Assembly (NCBI GenBank): GCA_042571405.1
Contig: JBHPHU010000001.1
Span: forward strand, 9,298 to 73,297
Direction of reading: 5' to 3'
DNA length: 64,000 bases
From: Candidatus Omnitrophota bacterium
GTDB lineage: Bacteria > Omnitrophota > Gorgyraeia > Gorgyraeales > Gorgyraeaceae
The notes under the pieces are model-generated. The model was not told the origin of the DNA, ran no database searches, and saw nothing but the letters and a program-made list of their open reading frames with translations. Position numbers and translations under genes: made by a program. Shown piece by piece: positions 9,941 through 19,742 of this stretch. How positions within the stretch are numbered: the first letter of the stretch is position 1; each line of letters opens with the position of its first letter.

Positions 9941-10469
9941 ATCTCCTTATTTCATCTAACTTTCTTCTTCCTCTTTCCTGCTGCGGCACTTCTTCGGGAT
10001 AGCCTACGCTTATTATAATATCTATCTTTTTTCTTTTTGGTATATTTAGAATATTTTTCACTTTCTTCTCATCAAACCATCCAAGCCAGCACGTGCCTAA
10101 ACCCTCTTCGACAGCTTGTAAAATAAAATGCTCACACGCTATAGCTACGTCAACAAGACTAAACTGTATGCCTCTAAAATAACCGCCAACGCGAGCAGTA
10201 TATCTGGATCTCTCTGTAACTACTGCGATGAGAGCAGACGCTTTACTGGCAAAACTATTCATTGAATAAACCCCTGAAAAAGCAGCACTGCAAACTTTGT
10301 TTTTGAGGGCTTCGTCATCAACTACAATAAAAGACCAGGGCTGGGAATTACAAGCGGAAGGCGCAAGACGCGCTGCTTCAAGACAATGCTCCATAGTTTC
10401 TCTGGGCACAGGCCTTGAAGAATATTTCCTTACACTCTTCCTTTTCTTTACAAGCTCTAAAAATTTCAT
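9921..10469 (-). CDS. nitroreductase family protein
   Basis: MKFLELVKKRKSVRKY start, conserved PSACNSQPW segment, 182 aa. Confidence 0.8.
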   Translation of the reverse strand: MKFLELVKKRKSVRKYSSRPVPRETMEHCLEAARLAPSACNSQPWSFIVVDDEALKNKVCSAAFSGVYSMNSFASKASALIAVVTERSRYTARVGGYFRGIQFSLVDVAIACEHFILQAVEEGLGTCWLGWFDEKKVKNILNIPKRKKIDIIISVGYPEEVPQQERGRRKLDEIRRFNLDKR

Positions 10470-10514
10470 ATAACGATCTAAGGTTACACTTCTAACATTG
10501 TAAAAAGTGTCAAC

Positions 10515-11444
10515 TTATGGGATAAATGTGGCTTTTTTGATATAGTCTGGTAGGTTACTGAGTCCTTTGTCCGCTATTTCCTTTAATATAGGCGCGACCT
10601 GAGTGCTATATCTGCTGGAAATGCCTACGGGATCAAGGCCTGGCCAACCCCAGCAAGAGCTATGCATCACGCCATTCACCTCATATGAGATATTGTCTAT
10701 ATATGTAGGGTGCATTGTTTCTATAGGCGACTGCCCAGGTGGATTTGAAACTAAATCCAATATTAAGGCGCCTTTTTTAAAAAGCTTCAGCATTTCTCTG
10801 GTAACAAGGAGTTCCTTGCCGCGTTTTTCCATTGGCCAGTTTATTGCATTAACTAAAATATCTGTGCCAGGGATATGCTTTTGCATCTCTTTAAAATCTT
10901 TTTTGTTCAAGACCTCGACATTGGCAAATCTTCTGGCAGCGCACTGTATGGCGCCCAATGCAAGATTGCCATATCCCATAACTTTGACAACACATTCCTC
11001 TGTATTTTTACCCCACAATTCAAATCCCTTTTCCATGGCAATATAACCCGTTTCATGTAACGCCTCTATCTTGCGATCCCCGAATAAATCCCTTATTTCC
11101 TCCATTGCAATCCCTGTTATTTTATATTTCGCCAGCCATTCTCTTATTTCAGGGCAACCTGGTAAATGCAGCATGCTCATTATAGCAGAACCCGAGCGCA
11201 TCATTTTAAGCTCTTCTTCTCTAGGTTGTCTAAGACGCAAGACTAATGAACTAGAATAGATTTGTTTAGCATCGGCCATCTTCGCGCCGATCTTTTCATA
11301 AGCGCTATCTTCTATGCCTATGCCTTCACCTGCCCCTCTTTCAACAAATACATTATGGCTATGCGCAATCTCTCCTAATTCATCCGGCCTCAATATTACC
11401 CGTTTTTCCACTGGCCTATTTTCAGCTGCTATTCCTATATCCAT
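10515..11444 (-). CDS. alanine dehydrogenase/PNT-family NAD-dependent dehydrogenase (carboxyethyl-ornithine-synthase-like)
   Basis: N-terminal ENRPVEKRVILRPDE..VFVERGAGEGIG pattern and a central Rossmann-like VMGYGNLALGA. Confidence 0.5.
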   Translation of the reverse strand: MDIGIAAENRPVEKRVILRPDELGEIAHSHNVFVERGAGEGIGIEDSAYEKIGAKMADAKQIYSSSLVLRLRQPREEELKMMRSGSAIMSMLHLPGCPEIREWLAKYKITGIAMEEIRDLFGDRKIEALHETGYIAMEKGFELWGKNTEECVVKVMGYGNLALGAIQCAARRFANVEVLNKKDFKEMQKHIPGTDILVNAINWPMEKRGKELLVTREMLKLFKKGALILDLVSNPPGQSPIETMHPTYIDNISYEVNGVMHSSCWGWPGLDPVGISSRYSTQVAPILKEIADKGLSNLPDYIKKATFIP

Positions 11445-11447
11445 TTA

Positions 11448-12491
11448 TCACTCCACATCCGCATAAAAGAATTTTTTGCCTTCAAAATTTTTAAATATAT
11501 ATCTCTTGCCTTTATGTTTGATAATATATTTTGGAAGCAAGGGCGTCTTGCCTCCTCCATGCTTTAAGTCAACTATAAGATGCGGGATCGCCAAACCAGA
11601 GGTATATCCTATTAACTCCCGCATGATTTTTTTGGCCTTGCGTATGCTGACACGAAAATGATACGTACCCTTAACCGCGTCAGCAAGATAAAGATAATAT
11701 GGCCTTACCCTTATCATCAGGAGTTCTTCGAATAGCCTTTTTAGCGTCTTTGCGTCATCATTTACTCCTCGCATAAGAACTGTCTGATTCCCCATGACAA
11801 CACCCGCATCAGCCAGCATATTGCATGCTTTTCGACTTTCCCTGGTTATCTCATAATAATGATTGAAATGCGTATTGAGATAAATAGGCTGGTATTTTTT
11901 AATGATACCGCACAGCTTAGGCGTTATCCTCTGCGGTAAAACGCATGGAGTACGGCTGTCTATCCTGATAATCTGCACGTGCTTTATTTTCTTCAGCTCC
12001 TTCAGGTAATGCTCGATCATATCATCCGGTATGAGCAGCGGGTCTCCTCCTGATATAATAACATCCCTTATGTACTTACGTTTTTGTATATACTTCAGAG
12101 CTTTTTTGAAATTTTCTTTTTTTGAAATCTTATCCTTAAGGCCCACTTTTCTCTTCCTGGTGCAGAAACGACAATATCCAGCGCACATATTGGACACCAC
12201 CACAAGCACGCGATCCCTGTATCTATGGACCAAACCTTCGAAAGGTGTATACTTCTCTTCCATAAGAGGATCTTTTCTGCCAAGCTTCTGAATAATCTCT
12301 ATTGTGTCAGGTATGCACTGCTTCCATATAGGCCCGCCATGTCTTCTTATAAGGCTGAGATAATATGGATTTATTCCAAGAGTATATTTTTTAGAGACTC
12401 TATTTACCTTTTTTTTGTTTATCTTTACATGCTTACTGAGTGTCTCGACATCAGTTATGGTATTAGAAAGAATCTTCTGCCATTTTTCCAT
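11448..12491 (-). CDS. KamA-family radical SAM aminomutase (lysine 2,3-aminomutase-like)
   Basis: CAGYCRFCTRK cluster motif, GGDPL motif, family-typical length of 347 aa. Confidence 0.85.
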   Translation of the reverse strand: MEKWQKILSNTITDVETLSKHVKINKKKVNRVSKKYTLGINPYYLSLIRRHGGPIWKQCIPDTIEIIQKLGRKDPLMEEKYTPFEGLVHRYRDRVLVVVSNMCAGYCRFCTRKRKVGLKDKISKKENFKKALKYIQKRKYIRDVIISGGDPLLIPDDMIEHYLKELKKIKHVQIIRIDSRTPCVLPQRITPKLCGIIKKYQPIYLNTHFNHYYEITRESRKACNMLADAGVVMGNQTVLMRGVNDDAKTLKRLFEELLMIRVRPYYLYLADAVKGTYHFRVSIRKAKKIMRELIGYTSGLAIPHLIVDLKHGGGKTPLLPKYIIKHKGKRYIFKNFEGKKFFYADVE

Positions 12492-12514
12492 GGATCTTCC
12501 TTCTCTCGGATTTT

Positions 12515-13345
12515 TTAAGATAAGATCTTTTCTAGCTGATTAAGATTTATAAACGTACCGTATTTTTTAAGAAGAGTTAATTTTTCTTCTGTCTCTTTTA
12601 TTTTTTCTTTGGACTCATATTCATAGGTATGGCCAAGTACGGAAACCACTATATTGCTTTTATTGTCCACAGATTTACCCTTTAAATCAAGTGCTATTTT
12701 TTCTAACTCTGCCATGTCAGATTTTTCAAAATAGAGGTATTTGCGCTTTGAAACGCCGACAGGTATCTCCCAAACTTTGGAATTTCCAGGTTTACAATGA
12801 TTATCATAGCTCATTCTATACTGCTGTCTGGGCGCGCCTCTCCAATCAGCTATTAAAATATCGCCGTGTTTCAAAAATCTTTCGGGTTCGCATGAAAAAT
12901 CAAAATAAATCTCATTCTGTTCCAGAATTCTTACAATCTTGCTTGAAAATCCCAAAAATCCGCTCCTGTAACACCTGGTGTCCAGACCAGCCTTCCTAAA
13001 TGCCTGGGCCCGCTTGCCAATCACCTTCTCCATCCGAGAGCCATCATGGTAATAATAATCTCTGTAAGAATCATCTTCGTGACAGTGAAGCCCTGTATCT
13101 CCGCCAAATCTTACAAGTTCCTTCCAAAGCTTACAAAATGGCTTCTCAAGAAAAAAATCCCGGCATAGGGGCGAAGTGTGAACAAAATGTATAAATCGGC
13201 CCTGTAGCACACGACTGGCAAGCTCTATCTCACGCTGGACAAGCTCCAACAAAACCTCTTCCTTAGGCAATCGCTCACGATCACTCAATTTAAGATCAAA
13301 ATATTCCCCCCAATCCCCATCTATAGTATATATAAAATACAACAT
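12515..13345 (-). CDS. hypothetical protein (possible deacetylase-like fold)
   Basis: Long clean ORF in operon position behind the KamA-like gene. No motif recognised with confidence. Confidence 0.5.
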   Translation of the reverse strand: MLYFIYTIDGDWGEYFDLKLSDRERLPKEEVLLELVQREIELASRVLQGRFIHFVHTSPLCRDFFLEKPFCKLWKELVRFGGDTGLHCHEDDSYRDYYYHDGSRMEKVIGKRAQAFRKAGLDTRCYRSGFLGFSSKIVRILEQNEIYFDFSCEPERFLKHGDILIADWRGAPRQQYRMSYDNHCKPGNSKVWEIPVGVSKRKYLYFEKSDMAELEKIALDLKGKSVDNKSNIVVSVLGHTYEYESKEKIKETEEKLTLLKKYGTFINLNQLEKILS

Positions 13346-13397
13346 ACCTATATTCTAACTGAATATCCTTCTTTGTTCAAGGTTAATACCTAAAACT

Positions 13398-13601
13398 CTC
13401 GCTCGTCTTTTTGAGCTCACAGGCTGGGGCCTTCGGCACTGGAGAGATTTTGCCGTCCGCTACGGTTTACAACTCGTTTCTCGACCACGCTATCGCCTGG
13501 ATTTCCTGGCCCGAAACTCCCTGTAAATCCTTGCGGACTTTTGCCAAAATCTTCCTAATGTGTCTCAAGCCCCAGCCTGTGAGCTCAAAAAGACGAGCGA
13601 G
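13398..13601. other. 204-nt GC-rich rod-like hairpin with 33-bp perfect terminal inverted repeats (candidate structured RNA or MITE)
   Basis: ctcgctcgtctttttgagctcacaggctggggc at 13398-13430 is the exact reverse complement of 13569-13601. The interior pairs imperfectly (gagattttg / caaaatcttc, gtccgc / gcggac, tttaca / tgtaaa). Confidence 0.7.
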
Positions 13602-13624
13602 CAAATAAAAGGATCTGCTTATAA

Positions 13625-13940
13625 AAGCTAAAAAGGAAGGGTTGAAGAGCGAATTTGAAAATTTAGTCTTTTATGTAGCATTTTGGCGGTTTATTCTGCC
13701 ACATTCTATGAGGCAAAAAGGCCGAAAACTGTTCGACACCCACACCTATGGTGTGGGTGAAGTTTTTTCGGCCCCACCAAAATGCGGAATAAAAGACGAC
13801 CCCGCCCTTTTGTTTAGTGCGTTTCGCATTATGAATGCATCAGCAATTTATAATGCGTAACGCTTACTGTAAAGCTAGACACCTTAACAAAAGGGTGGGG
13901 GAAATTTTCATCTGAGCGAACAGACCTTCCTTTTTAGCTT
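13625..13940 (+). ncRNA. candidate ~316-nt multi-stem structured RNA of unknown family
   Basis: 16-bp perfect closing stem (13625-13640 / 13925-13940). Nested hairpins include ggccgaaaaact..agttttttcggcc around cacccacacc-tat-ggtgtgggtg. Also ccccgcccttttgtt / aacaaaagggtgggg (G.U valid on the + strand only) and gcgtttcgcattat..ataatgcgtaacgc. Confidence 0.45.
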
Positions 13941-14015
13941 AAGACTGTACTGTGACTATTCAAATGCTATAAGCAACAACTATACTTTATTGCACTTATA
14001 AGGTACAATACTTGC

Positions 14016-15941
14016 ATGATTTATGATGCGTTTCAGAAAACGGCTATTGATTATATTAAAGATGGGAATTCGGTTATAGTGTCTGCTCCGACAGGTGCGG
14101 GCAAGACTGTAATTGCTGAATATATCATACTGGACTGCCTTAAAAAAGGTACAAAGGTAATATATACCGCTCCTATAAAGGCCCTGTCTAACCAGAAATT
14201 TCGCGACTTTCAGGAAATATTCCCTGATAAAACAGGCATACTCACGGGTGATGTGTCTATAAATCCCAACGCGAGTGTCCTTATCATGACCACAGAGATA
14301 TTCCGCAACAAAGTGCTTGAAGAAGGGTCTAATGTGGGTGATTATTCCTGGATAATATTTGACGAAGTGCATTATCTTGATGATTACCAGCGCGGGAGCG
14401 TGTGGGAAGAATCTTTGATCTTCCTGCCGAAGCACATGAAAATGCTTGCGCTCTCAGCCACAATACCAAATATAGATGAACTTGCCTTGTGGCTCAAATC
14501 CATACACAAACTGCCTTTAAAGGTAGTAAAAGAAAATACCAGGCCAGTACCGCTTCATTTTTTCTATCAGATACAGGGTCAGATAGTTGATAATATACAT
14601 AAGGCAAGAACCATAGGATACAAAAGAGGCGGGCATAGCTATGGCCATAGAAGATCCCATTCCGGACATAAGCACTTCAAACCAAACAGGTCCACTTCGC
14701 TCATAAAGCATCTTCACGAAAACAATAAACTCCCATGCATATATTTTGCCTTTGGCAGACGCAGATGCGAATCTCTCGCGAATGAAATGACAAACTTTGA
14801 TTTCTTAACGCAGGAAGAAAAAACCAGGGTATTAGAACTTTATAATAAATTATGCGAGAGATTTGAGATCGCAAATGATAAAAGCGCTCAGCTCATGCTT
14901 CCTCTAATTGAAAAAGGTATAGCACACCATCATGCTGGCATGCTCCCTACTTTAAAGGAGGTTATTGAGCGACTTTTTACATCCAGGCTTCTAAAGGTAA
15001 TTTTTACCACAGAGACTTTTGCGCTTGGGATCAATATGCCCGCAAGGACAGTGATCTTTGATGAGCTTAGAAAATTCTATGGGAAATCCTTTGGCACACT
15101 TAAGACACGTGACTTTTTTCAGATGGCTGGCAGGGCTGGCAGGCGCGGTATAGACAAAGAGGGATTTGTGTATAGCCGCGTAAATCCAAATTACACATCA
15201 TTCCCTGAACTCCAAAAAGTAATCTATGGCGCTCCTGAAAAGGTTTTTTCCAGATTCAACGCGTCATACGGCACTATCCTTAACCTGTATGACAAATACG
15301 GTGAAAAGCTGTATGATGTATATCCTCTTTCCTTCCACTGCTTCCAGGCAAAGCAAAAGTTTAGACACAGGGCCACAGAACTACTACGCGCAAAGGTAAA
15401 GATCCTGAAAGAACTCGGCTATATCAGAAAAAATCAAATTTCAGAAAAAGGCGTTTTCGCGTCCAATATCTACGGGTATGAGTTATCACTGGGCGAGCTT
15501 TACGAAAAAGGTGTATTGCAAAATCTAAATGAAATAGAACTTGGAATTCTGTGCGCCGCGCTTATATTTGAACCAAGAAAATCCAGCACCATGCCAAGTA
15601 TCAGCAAAAACGCACGGTCTTTACAAAATGTAACCGACAATCTTACCAGCAATATACAAAAATTAGAAAAAAAGCTAAAGATAAAACCTTTCAGCAAGAC
15701 CTATTATTACCACTTCTCCCCCTGCATTGAGGCGTGGATGAAACAGGAACCATTTGACAGGCTCCTGCGCTACACAGACGCTGACGAAGGTGAGATCATA
15801 AGAAACTTCCGCATGTCTGTCCAGATCCTACGCGAAATCCTAGACACCCCCACTTCCCAGGAGTTCAAAGAAAGAGTAAAAAAGACAATCTACCTAATAA
15901 ATCGAGACATAATCGATGCGGAGAGACAGCTGCGAAGCTAG
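14016..15941 (+). CDS. Ski2-like DEAD/DEAH-box helicase (HelY/Mtr4-like)
   Basis: Motif I APTGAGKT, motif II DEVH, HHAGMLP, QMAGRAGRRG. The C-terminal region is DSHCT-like. Confidence 0.8.
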   Translation: MIYDAFQKTAIDYIKDGNSVIVSAPTGAGKTVIAEYIILDCLKKGTKVIYTAPIKALSNQKFRDFQEIFPDKTGILTGDVSINPNASVLIMTTEIFRNKVLEEGSNVGDYSWIIFDEVHYLDDYQRGSVWEESLIFLPKHMKMLALSATIPNIDELALWLKSIHKLPLKVVKENTRPVPLHFFYQIQGQIVDNIHKARTIGYKRGGHSYGHRRSHSGHKHFKPNRSTSLIKHLHENNKLPCIYFAFGRRRCESLANEMTNFDFLTQEEKTRVLELYNKLCERFEIANDKSAQLMLPLIEKGIAHHHAGMLPTLKEVIERLFTSRLLKVIFTTETFALGINMPARTVIFDELRKFYGKSFGTLKTRDFFQMAGRAGRRGIDKEGFVYSRVNPNYTSFPELQKVIYGAPEKVFSRFNASYGTILNLYDKYGEKLYDVYPLSFHCFQAKQKFRHRATELLRAKVKILKELGYIRKNQISEKGVFASNIYGYELSLGELYEKGVLQNLNEIELGILCAALIFEPRKSSTMPSISKNARSLQNVTDNLTSNIQKLEKKLKIKPFSKTYYYHFSPCIEAWMKQEPFDRLLRYTDADEGEIIRNFRMSVQILREILDTPTSQEFKERVKKTIYLINRDIIDAERQLRS

Positions 15942-16007
15942 GGAATAGTTCTCGACTTCGCTCTAACAATATTGGATCTCCGGTAGCGTTGAGAAAAATA
16001 GTTAAAT

Positions 16008-17855
16008 CTAATGAAACCTGCGGCGTTCGGCTAGTAGGACTATGTTTTTTAGTTCTTCTGTGTTGCGGGCTTCAAACCATTTCTTGTCAAAATCAGCGCC
16101 TTCTGTAATCTGGGCTATTGCGGCAAGAACCTTGAGATGGAGGTTTCGCTCGTCCTGCGAGCCGACGAGGATGAATATTATGTGGGCGAGTTTGTCATCA
16201 GTGAATATAATGCCTGATTTTGCCCTGACTAGCATTATCTTAAAAACATTCTTTCCTTTAACGACTATATGCGGAACTGCCAGGCCTTTTCTAAGTACGG
16301 TGCTGGATTCTTTTTCTCTATGAATAAAATTTTCTACTAATTGCTGTGGCTTTAAATTCAAATCCTTTGCCAGGTCTTCTGAAACCTTTTTAAAAAAGAA
16401 CTCCATGTCATGAGGCTTTTCCATGTCCAAGACCTTGCATTCTTCTATCATCTTATGGAACCTATCCTCTGTGACTTTGTCCCGCTGGATAACTATATCC
16501 TTTAACTCGGTCAAAAGATTATCAGATGTCAATTCTTTATCTTTCGCAACCATATTTTCCAACATATATATCAGGGCTGAATCCTGACTTGCTCTCTTCT
16601 GCCCGTAAAACTTATACCATCCAAATCCCAACACAAGAAATACCATTGTTAAAAATATAATAAATGTTCCCATTTCAATCAAAAGAAAAATCCCTCCCAA
16701 TATCCCTAATATCTGTAGATACGGATAAAATGGAGAATAAAATTTAGGGCGATAACTTAAAATCTTACTCTCTCTAAAAAGGATCACGGTCAGATTTGCA
16801 AACATAAAAAGTAAAATCAATATGCTTGAGGCAACCTTTACCAATAATTCCAGATTCAAAAACAGGATTGTTAAAATCATAAACGCTCCTGTAAAAAAAA
16901 TCGCGACATACGGCATATTTGTCCTAGCGCTTACCTTTTGAAAATAACCAGGCAAAAGCTTATCCCTGCTCATGCCAAGAGGATATCTGGACGCAGTCAT
17001 AAGGCCTGCATTTGCAGTGGATATAAATGCCATAAATGCAGCTATGCTTATCGCTATCTTTAAAACATTCCCGCCAAAAACACCTGCGCCCTCGGATATG
17101 GGAATTAGTGTGCCCTTTAAAACATCCGGATTCAGGACTCCTATAGTCACAAAAATTACCAGCGTATAAACAATAGAAGTAACTATGATAGAAAGTATCA
17201 TGCCAAGGGGTAAATTCTTACCGGGATTCTCTACCTCTTCAGCTAATGCAGCCACCTTGGTCAAACCGCCATAAGATATAAAGACAAAACTTGCTGTCGC
17301 GAAAATAGAACCCATACCTTTGGAAAAAAATGGAGAAAAATTCATGGGATTTACTGTCTTTGCGCCCCAGATAACATAAAGAGTAAGTATACCCAAAAGT
17401 CCTGCAACCAAAAATACCTGGACCCTGCCTGCCTCCTTTACGCCTAAAAGATTCAGCGCGATGAAAAATAAACAACACATTACAGCGATTATATTTAAAG
17501 GGATATTTGTTACTAAGCTCAGGTACGCGCCCATACCTACCAATGCGAACGCGCCTTTAAGGCTCAGCGAAAACCACGAACTAAAACCAGCCACTGTCCC
17601 TAGGAGCGGGCCAAAACCACGCATTATATAAAAATAATCCCCGCCTGCCTTAGGCATAGCTGTTATAAGCTCTGCCTTGCTCAAGAGAGTCGGTATACAT
17701 AAAATCCCGGCTATTATATAGGAGATGATCACTGCCGGCCCAGCCTTGGCAAAAGCCAGTCCCGGAAGGATAAACAGGCCGGAACTTATCATAGCTCCGG
17801 TAGCCACACAAAATATATCTAAAAGACCCAGTTCTTTCTTTAAGTCCTGCTTCAT
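16008..17855 (-). CDS. APC-family amino acid permease fused to a C-terminal PTS EIIA(type 2)-like domain
   Basis: About 12 TM segments followed by a soluble about 150-aa tail containing GLAVPHIV (EIIA-2 His region). Confidence 0.7.
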   Translation of the reverse strand: MKQDLKKELGLLDIFCVATGAMISSGLFILPGLAFAKAGPAVIISYIIAGILCIPTLLSKAELITAMPKAGGDYFYIMRGFGPLLGTVAGFSSWFSLSLKGAFALVGMGAYLSLVTNIPLNIIAVMCCLFFIALNLLGVKEAGRVQVFLVAGLLGILTLYVIWGAKTVNPMNFSPFFSKGMGSIFATASFVFISYGGLTKVAALAEEVENPGKNLPLGMILSIIVTSIVYTLVIFVTIGVLNPDVLKGTLIPISEGAGVFGGNVLKIAISIAAFMAFISTANAGLMTASRYPLGMSRDKLLPGYFQKVSARTNMPYVAIFFTGAFMILTILFLNLELLVKVASSILILLFMFANLTVILFRESKILSYRPKFYSPFYPYLQILGILGGIFLLIEMGTFIIFLTMVFLVLGFGWYKFYGQKRASQDSALIYMLENMVAKDKELTSDNLLTELKDIVIQRDKVTEDRFHKMIEECKVLDMEKPHDMEFFFKKVSEDLAKDLNLKPQQLVENFIHREKESSTVLRKGLAVPHIVVKGKNVFKIMLVRAKSGIIFTDDKLAHIIFILVGSQDERNLHLKVLAAIAQITEGADFDKKWFEARNTEELKNIVLLAERRRFH

Positions 17856-17919
17856 ACCAAATATTATAATGGTGAAAATAACAATTGCAATTCTTTATTT
17901 GATAGTTTACAATCCCCTT

Positions 17920-19044
17920 ATGCAGAAAAAGACCTTAATCACTTCTTTCCGGTTACTCCTTGTAATAGGATGCGTTTATCTATTTCTGGTCTCTATTGGC
18001 CTCATGGGTATAGCCTTCAAAGGTTTTGGCAAGGACTTTGCTGAAAATCTCATAAGGGCCACCTCAAATCCATTCATAGGCCTATTCATAGGAATCCTGG
18101 CAACAAGTATAATGCAAAGCTCATCCACAACCACTTCTATCCTGGTAGGCATGGTAGCCTCTGGAACGCTCACTGTTACTAACGCCATCCCCATTGTCAT
18201 GGGAGCCAACATAGGAACCACGATAACTAATACACTTGTGGCCCTAGCCCACGTGACACGACGCGAAGAATTCAGGCGCGCGATAACAGGGGCAACAGTA
18301 CATGACTTCTTTAAACTCCTATGCGTATCCATATTGTTCCCTCTCGAAATAGCAACAGGTTTTATAGAAAAAATAGCGACTAGGCTGGCTATTTCATTCT
18401 CTAATATCGGTGGTGTAAAATTTACAAGCCCCGTAAAAACAGCTACAAAACCAGTCATAGATCTCATAAAAGACAGCCTTACAAAATTAAATATCCCTGA
18501 AAATGTAGTATATATACTACTACTAACTATCTCTGTAGCGCTCCTTTTCTTCTGTCTCTATTTCATTGTGCAGTCCATGAAATCTCTTGTTATAGGACGG
18601 GTGGAAATAGTTTTCAATAATGTCTTTGGCAAAAACGCTATCTTAGGGATCCTGGCCGGACTGATATTTACTGCCATAATCCAGAGCAGCTCTATTACCA
18701 CTTCTCTTATGGTCCCTCTTGTCGCCTCTGGCATCCTGACAGTCGAAGCCATCTACCCCATTATTATGGGCGCGAATATCGGCACTACAGTCACAGCTAT
18801 ACTTGCTTCACTTGCTACAGGCAATGTCGTCGCTATTTCTGTAGCGTTTGCTCATCTTACCTTTAACCTGATATGTGTCTTTTTTATATATCCTATACCT
18901 ATATTAAGAAACATACCCATAAAGTTAGCAAAGTGGATGGGTAATCTCGCTTTCAAGAAACGAAGATACGCAATAATATATACACTGTCTGTTTACTTTT
19001 TGGTTCCAGGGTTATTAATCTTTATCTCAAAATTCTTTAAATAA
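17920..19044 (+). CDS. Na/Pi cotransporter family protein
   Basis: Duplicated SSSxTTS / GANIGTT motifs. The start is moved to the ATG at 17920 to remove overlap with the permease gene. Confidence 0.8.
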   Translation: MQKKTLITSFRLLLVIGCVYLFLVSIGLMGIAFKGFGKDFAENLIRATSNPFIGLFIGILATSIMQSSSTTTSILVGMVASGTLTVTNAIPIVMGANIGTTITNTLVALAHVTRREEFRRAITGATVHDFFKLLCVSILFPLEIATGFIEKIATRLAISFSNIGGVKFTSPVKTATKPVIDLIKDSLTKLNIPENVVYILLLTISVALLFFCLYFIVQSMKSLVIGRVEIVFNNVFGKNAILGILAGLIFTAIIQSSSITTSLMVPLVASGILTVEAIYPIIMGANIGTTVTAILASLATGNVVAISVAFAHLTFNLICVFFIYPIPILRNIPIKLAKWMGNLAFKKRRYAIIYTLSVYFLVPGLLIFISKFFK

Positions 19045-19055
19045 GGGGGCGCAAA

Positions 19056-19733
19056 ATGTTTAAAAATCTATTACAATTCTGGAAGGGGAAGGATTTTCTA
19101 ACGGAAGTATTGGAAGAATTTAAGGGCATGCTGGACGATACGCATAAGATGTTTGAGTCTGTCTGCAATAAGCTCATTTACAATCAAGAAGAACCTGGCC
19201 TTAGAGACAGGATATACGACATTGACAGAAGAGTAAATGAACTGCAAAAAAATATCAGGAAAAGAATAGTTGAACACCTTGCTCTTCAACCTTCTGTTGA
19301 CATGTCGACAAGTCTTATATTGATGAGTGTAGTAAAAGACGCTGAAAGACTGGGGGATTACGCCAAGAATCTTTTCGAAGTGACAGATCTGCTTGAAAAA
19401 CCAATAAATAGGGACGCTTATGTAAAACTATTCAATAATACCGAAAAGGAAATACTTGAATTATTCAACAAGACAAAGGCAGCCTTTATGGAATCAGACG
19501 AATCAGAAGCGCGTAAAGCTTGGGAATTTGAAACCAAGATAAAAAAGTGCTGCAATGAAGTCGTCAAAAAGGCAGCTAGAAGCAGTTTAAGCGTGAATGA
19601 AGCTGTATGTTTCGCTCTGATGGCAAGACATTTTAAACGCACAGCAGCTCACTTGACTAATATAGCAACGTCTGTAATACTCCCTCTTTCTGAACTGGAC
19701 TATTTTGACGAAAAGACAAGGGACGAAAAATAA
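19056..19733 (+). CDS. PhoU-domain protein (phosphate transport regulator-like)
   Basis: 225 aa, two helical PhoU-like repeats (ERLGDYAKN, AAHLTNIA), directly behind the Na/Pi transporter. Confidence 0.7.
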   Translation: MFKNLLQFWKGKDFLTEVLEEFKGMLDDTHKMFESVCNKLIYNQEEPGLRDRIYDIDRRVNELQKNIRKRIVEHLALQPSVDMSTSLILMSVVKDAERLGDYAKNLFEVTDLLEKPINRDAYVKLFNNTEKEILELFNKTKAAFMESDESEARKAWEFETKIKKCCNEVVKKAARSSLSVNEAVCFALMARHFKRTAAHLTNIATSVILPLSELDYFDEKTRDEK

Positions 19734-19742
19734 AACCTGTAG

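Noticed and set aside
13411-13860. ORFs 13411-13608 and 13642-13860
   Set aside because: They coincide with the two hairpin-bounded GC-rich elements. They have no RBS and the translated sequence is low-complexity.
13625-13940. tmRNA, RNase P RNA, SRP RNA or cobalamin riboswitch identity
   Set aside because: There is no GGGG...CCACCA tRNA-like ends. The one short frame ending ASAIYNA-stop (ORF 13642-13860) does not resemble a tmRNA tag. There is no GAGGAAAGUCC RNase P core, no SRP domain IV motif and no B12 box.
17725-17919. Upstream extension of the Na/Pi transporter ORF
   Set aside because: It overlaps the 5' end of the convergent/divergent permease gene on the other strand, and the hydrophobic core starts after the ATG at 17920.
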